Of a stretch of DNA of 64,000 nucleotides, positions 60,541 through 64,000 are shown one piece after another; position 1 is the first letter of the stretch, and each line of letters begins with the position of its first letter. Both the position numbers and the translations under genes were made by a program. Under the pieces are notes generated by a model. The model worked only from the letters and a program-made list of their open reading frames with translations. It was not told the origin of the DNA and did no database searches. Source of the DNA: Tubiluchus corallicola (Eukaryota > Animalia > Priapulida); the NCBI GenBank assembly GCA_030141605.1, contig JAQGDQ010000031.1:620001-684000 (forward strand), in the 5' to 3' direction.

Positions 60541-61227
60541 TAGCCACATCTCACTTGATAATTTTCGACAAAAAGATCAGTATTAAATTTTTCTGTACTC
60601 CAAGTTTACGAAATTATCAAACGTCCTTGTGAGCTGGTGAGCGTTTAAGATACAATGATGTAATTAAACGGGAAGCGTCACATCGTTCTGTCTTCAATAA
60701 TACACGCATTACTGTTTAATTACACCAGAATACTGCGATTTTACTGCTGATGAAGACATTCACGCGCGTTTAACAACCCTGTTAATGTTTCAGTAGTTAG
60801 ATGAGTTCAGTTTAGATTAGGAGCTGCTAAAGTTTGCACGTGCCAGCGTGGCTTCGGCACTTCTTCGGGTTATTAAATTCGTGTTGAGATAAAAGTTGTT
60901 TTTGCCGCATTGAATTGACAGGTTTTTGCTGGCAACAATTTGCACAGCATTTCTTCGGATCGGCAGCGTTGGTTATGTAAATGCGTGTTCTAACGATCTG
61001 TTAATGTTTTCCAACAGGCAGTTTGCAATTAACGTCCAGAATGACTTTTTGATCAGTCAAGTTGCAGTAGTTTGAACGTTCTTATAGCGTAACTTATGTA
61101 TAGTTTGGAAATTTCTCTTTAAAAGCGGCCGACTTGCTGTGGCTGCACATCTTCAACTAATGGATGATCTTAGCCAGATAAGTAATTCGCAAAATGGCGT
61201 ATTTCGCGAATTTTGTGAAAAGATATT

Positions 61228-61674
61228 ATATAGCCTCTAGTTCCATCGCATTAAATTGTTGGTATTGACACTTTGGGGGCGACCCATAGATAAGCCCCTA
61301 GTTTAACCTTAGCATTGACGCCTTGAGAGACACGTATGCAAGCCCGTAGTTTCAGCGCACTAAACTGTTGATATTGACGTTTTGGGGGAGATCCATATAT
61401 AAGCCCCTAGTTTCACTGCATTAAATTGTTGGTATTGACTCCTTGGGAGATCCATATATAAGCCCTTAGTTTCACTGCATTAAATTGTTGGCATTGACTC
61501 CTTGGGAGATCCATATATAAGCCCCTAGTTTCACTGCATTAAATTGTTGGCATTGACTCCTTGGGAGATCCATATATAAGCCCTTAGTTTCACTGCATCA
61601 AATTGTTGGCATTGACTCTTTAGGAGATCCATATATAACTATAAGTCTCTAGTTTCACTGGATTCGATTGTTGG
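61228..61674. repeat. ~59-bp minisatellite, ~7 copies
   Basis: Unit tagtttcactgcattaaattgttggyattgactccttgggagatccatatataagccc(c/t); central copies nearly identical, outer copies diverged. Confidence 0.95.
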
Positions 61675-62411
61675 AACTGGCGCTGGGGTGGAAAAATCCA
61701 TATTGGTACTAGCGCCATGGGGGAAGTTAAACTGCACTTAGTGCTGGAATTATAAAATACCCCCCTTTCTCAGAAGTCAAACTAAATGCATTATCCTGAC
61801 AAGGATTTGGTATTTTTCTCTACGCTTGTTTTTTGCCCTAATAAGAATTGTCCCGGGACTATTACTGAATGGGATAATATCATTTGTGTGCCATTCATCC
61901 CACTTTTCTAGGAAACTGTTTTCTAAATCCAAAGATTACAATCATTGATACGCTTCATTTGCCGATATTTCCCCCAGAAGTTTTCTCTTTTTCTCCCGGA
62001 GGTGCTGTTAAGCTAATAGCCTCATTCTACTTTAACAATCTCTCTAAGCTTTAACCGCTTTAGCACAAGTAGCGTGTGTAGATTGTGGTCTGGAAGAAGA
62101 ACGCAGAGCTTTTTGCGAGTGAGCGCTCTTTTCATTGAATTTGGCTAAGTCATCACGGCGGCTTCTCGCCTAATTAAGTTTTTTTACAGCCAGTTTGACT
62201 AAATTTGGAGAAATATGTAAGCTTTGATTGGACAAAATTCACGTTCATAAGTCTTGTCACGCAGCTTTACAGTCAGAAGCATGTAACGAAGTTTCTTACA
62301 GGAATAACAGCATCGCACAGAAGAACGCAGAATCACGAAAAGCTTTATTTATATCCTGTATAAAAGGAAGACTTGTGTTGTTTCAAAAAAATTTTAATGG
62401 CCAAAATTGAT

Positions 62412-63153
62412 TATATCGGGTGGCACAGAAAAATGTGCCGAAGTTTAGAGTCCAATAACAGCAGAAATTAGTGTCCTGCAAAGTTGAAATTTCACAGTTT
62501 GGCACTACGATACATCTATTTTTGACTGTGAAAGTTACAATTTTATCGTTTTAGTTGTATTTAAGTTATGACCAAAAACTTAAATCCGGAAAACTTAAAT
62601 CACTCTGTCAGCTAATCATCAATTGAAAAACTACAACGTTGACGTATAAAGTAACACATTACATGCCAGGGAAACAATAAAGAAAGCAGTCAGTTTACAT
62701 CATGGCCTTTATCACAGAAAATAAAGCACTGGTAACGATTCATTGTTAAGAAAAAGGGGACTTAATCCACTGGATTGTGGTATTTGGAATTCCCTTAAAG
62801 AAGTGTACGACGGCTACACCGAATCGTATTATGCAAAAAGCATTAAAGAAGCAAGAAACTGTATCAAATGAATGAAAAATTGCCTTTCTCTAGTCTCCAG
62901 TGAGAAAATGGTGGGTACATAGAGCACATGCTGTAAAATTTAATAATATTGACAAAAGTTTTTCCAAAATTTTTCACTTTTTTATTTAAAACTTCTGTGT
63001 CTCTGGAAAAATCAAGGACATGACCTAAGGTCTTTTGTGTTTATCCATGAGCGTCTGTAACGTCAGTATGGCAAGTTTCAAGCTACTGTGTTAGTTTCTT
63101 CTTATACTATCGTGATCAAAACTTCGGCACATTTTTTTGCTCCACCTGATATA
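62412..63153 (+). mobile_element. Internally deleted Tc1/mariner DNA transposon with intact TIRs
   Basis: Left tatatcgggtggcacagaaaaatgtgccgaagttt and right aaacttcggcacatttttttgctccacctgatata are inverted repeats ending in TA; internal remnant 62761-62808 reads LNPLDCGIWNSLKEVY (SPDLNPLD..W..LK motif around the third catalytic Asp). Confidence 0.88.
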
Positions 63154-63929
63154 AGCAATTGTCCTGCATAAAAATTATAAGACAACGTAAAACAACGATG
63201 TCCAAAGTAAAACAATGAGAAACAGCTGAGAAACGAATACGTACTTCGAACAGTGTCAGCATTTGAGAACCAATGGCGAGACATCTGAGAGCATCTTCCA
63301 CTGAATACACTTAATGTTGTAACAAGTGTTCGTTGATGCAGAGATTGCAAGGTTGACCCCAAATCAGACACTAGTAAATTGGTATAAGGACCTTACAATT
63401 TGTCAGATGTGTTAAGGTAACAAAGCTGAGGCACTAGCCCAGATGTGACCTCAAGGTTCATTCAAGGTCGAATAATCGATTTGTTAAGATAGAATATAGA
63501 ATATCAGTATACACCCATTACACGAATTTGCTCAATTGTAAAATTTGTGCTAAAAATGAAGTTTCATTGAGTTAAAATATCAGTTGTTTTACAGTTTTTG
63601 CTATGCTGCGAAACAGTGAAACTGTTTTTCGATCATTCGATATTTGCAATTCCAGCTAGACAGTTAGGACCCTTTCTAAAATCTCTGTAAGGATTTTAAT
63701 CACAAACATATTTTTCACGAAAAAACTGCTATATGAACTTTGAGATGAATCGTGCTATCACCCAACTTGGGGCTTACCAGAGACAGTTTTGCTAAAGTTT
63801 CAAATGTTGTGGCAGTGTTGGTGTTGTAAACTGATTTGCCACATCTTCGCTCAAAGAGATATATAAACCTTGGTTTATATTAAAGAATAATGAAGCTGTA
63901 AAGAACTGATGCTGAAATATTGTGAGCCA

Positions 63930-64000
63930 TTGAGTACATCGGGGATTGAACCCGAGACCAGTGGATTACGCCTGCTCGCTCTAAGCACCTGAGATATGTG
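63930..64000 (-). mobile_element. tRNA-derived SINE head or tRNA pseudogene, cut by window end
   Basis: Reverse complement reads ...tatctcaggtgcttagagc...ggtctcgggttcaatccccg: D-arm-like and T-arm/B-box sequence, but anticodon stem does not pair well. Confidence 0.55.

Noticed and set aside
60600-61200. Very decayed minus-strand Tc1/mariner transposase N-terminus (AAFKEKFPN, SHSGR, ENI..IRRN)
   Set aside because: Suggestive but too fragmentary to call without BLASTx.
61228-61674. Second CRISPR-like array
   Set aside because: Whole ~59-bp unit is repeated; no variable spacers.

Overview
AT-rich, intron-rich genomic DNA from an invertebrate animal (GT-AG spliceosomal introns, microsatellites, SINE/LINE remnants); species not determined. 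Most entries in the supplied ORF track are spurious. Three genes are supported. (1) A minus-strand gene leaving the window on the left, seen as one 694-nt exon (662-1355) that probably leads into a Pointed/SAM domain (ETS, SPDEF/Ets98B-like; tentative). (2) WDR7/Rabconnectin-3 beta on the + strand: I traced 18 frame-consistent conserved coding exons (23238-37187, 886 codons), four extra phase-0 exons encoding Ser/Arg-rich disordered sequence (40497-43787), and a conserved exon ending HWELS at 44979. I found no further WDR7 exon, so the gene continues past the window. (3) An intronless-CDS class A peptide-type GPCR (53404-54591, minus), nested antisense in the inferred >19 kb WDR7 intron. Mobile DNA includes an RTE-clade LINE fragment, a degenerate R2-clade element outside rDNA, an internally deleted Tc1/mariner element, a foldback/MITE, tRNA- and 5S-derived SINE remnants, and 50-bp and ~59-bp minisatellites. 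The most unusual observation is the WDR7 cassette-exon cluster: about 390 extra residues with five RxxSxP (14-3-3 mode I-type) motifs, surrounded by TGCATG (Rbfox) and ACTAAY (QKI/STAR) elements, with a possible truncating terminal exon. All calls come from reading the sequence by eye and from recalled family motifs; no database searches were run.
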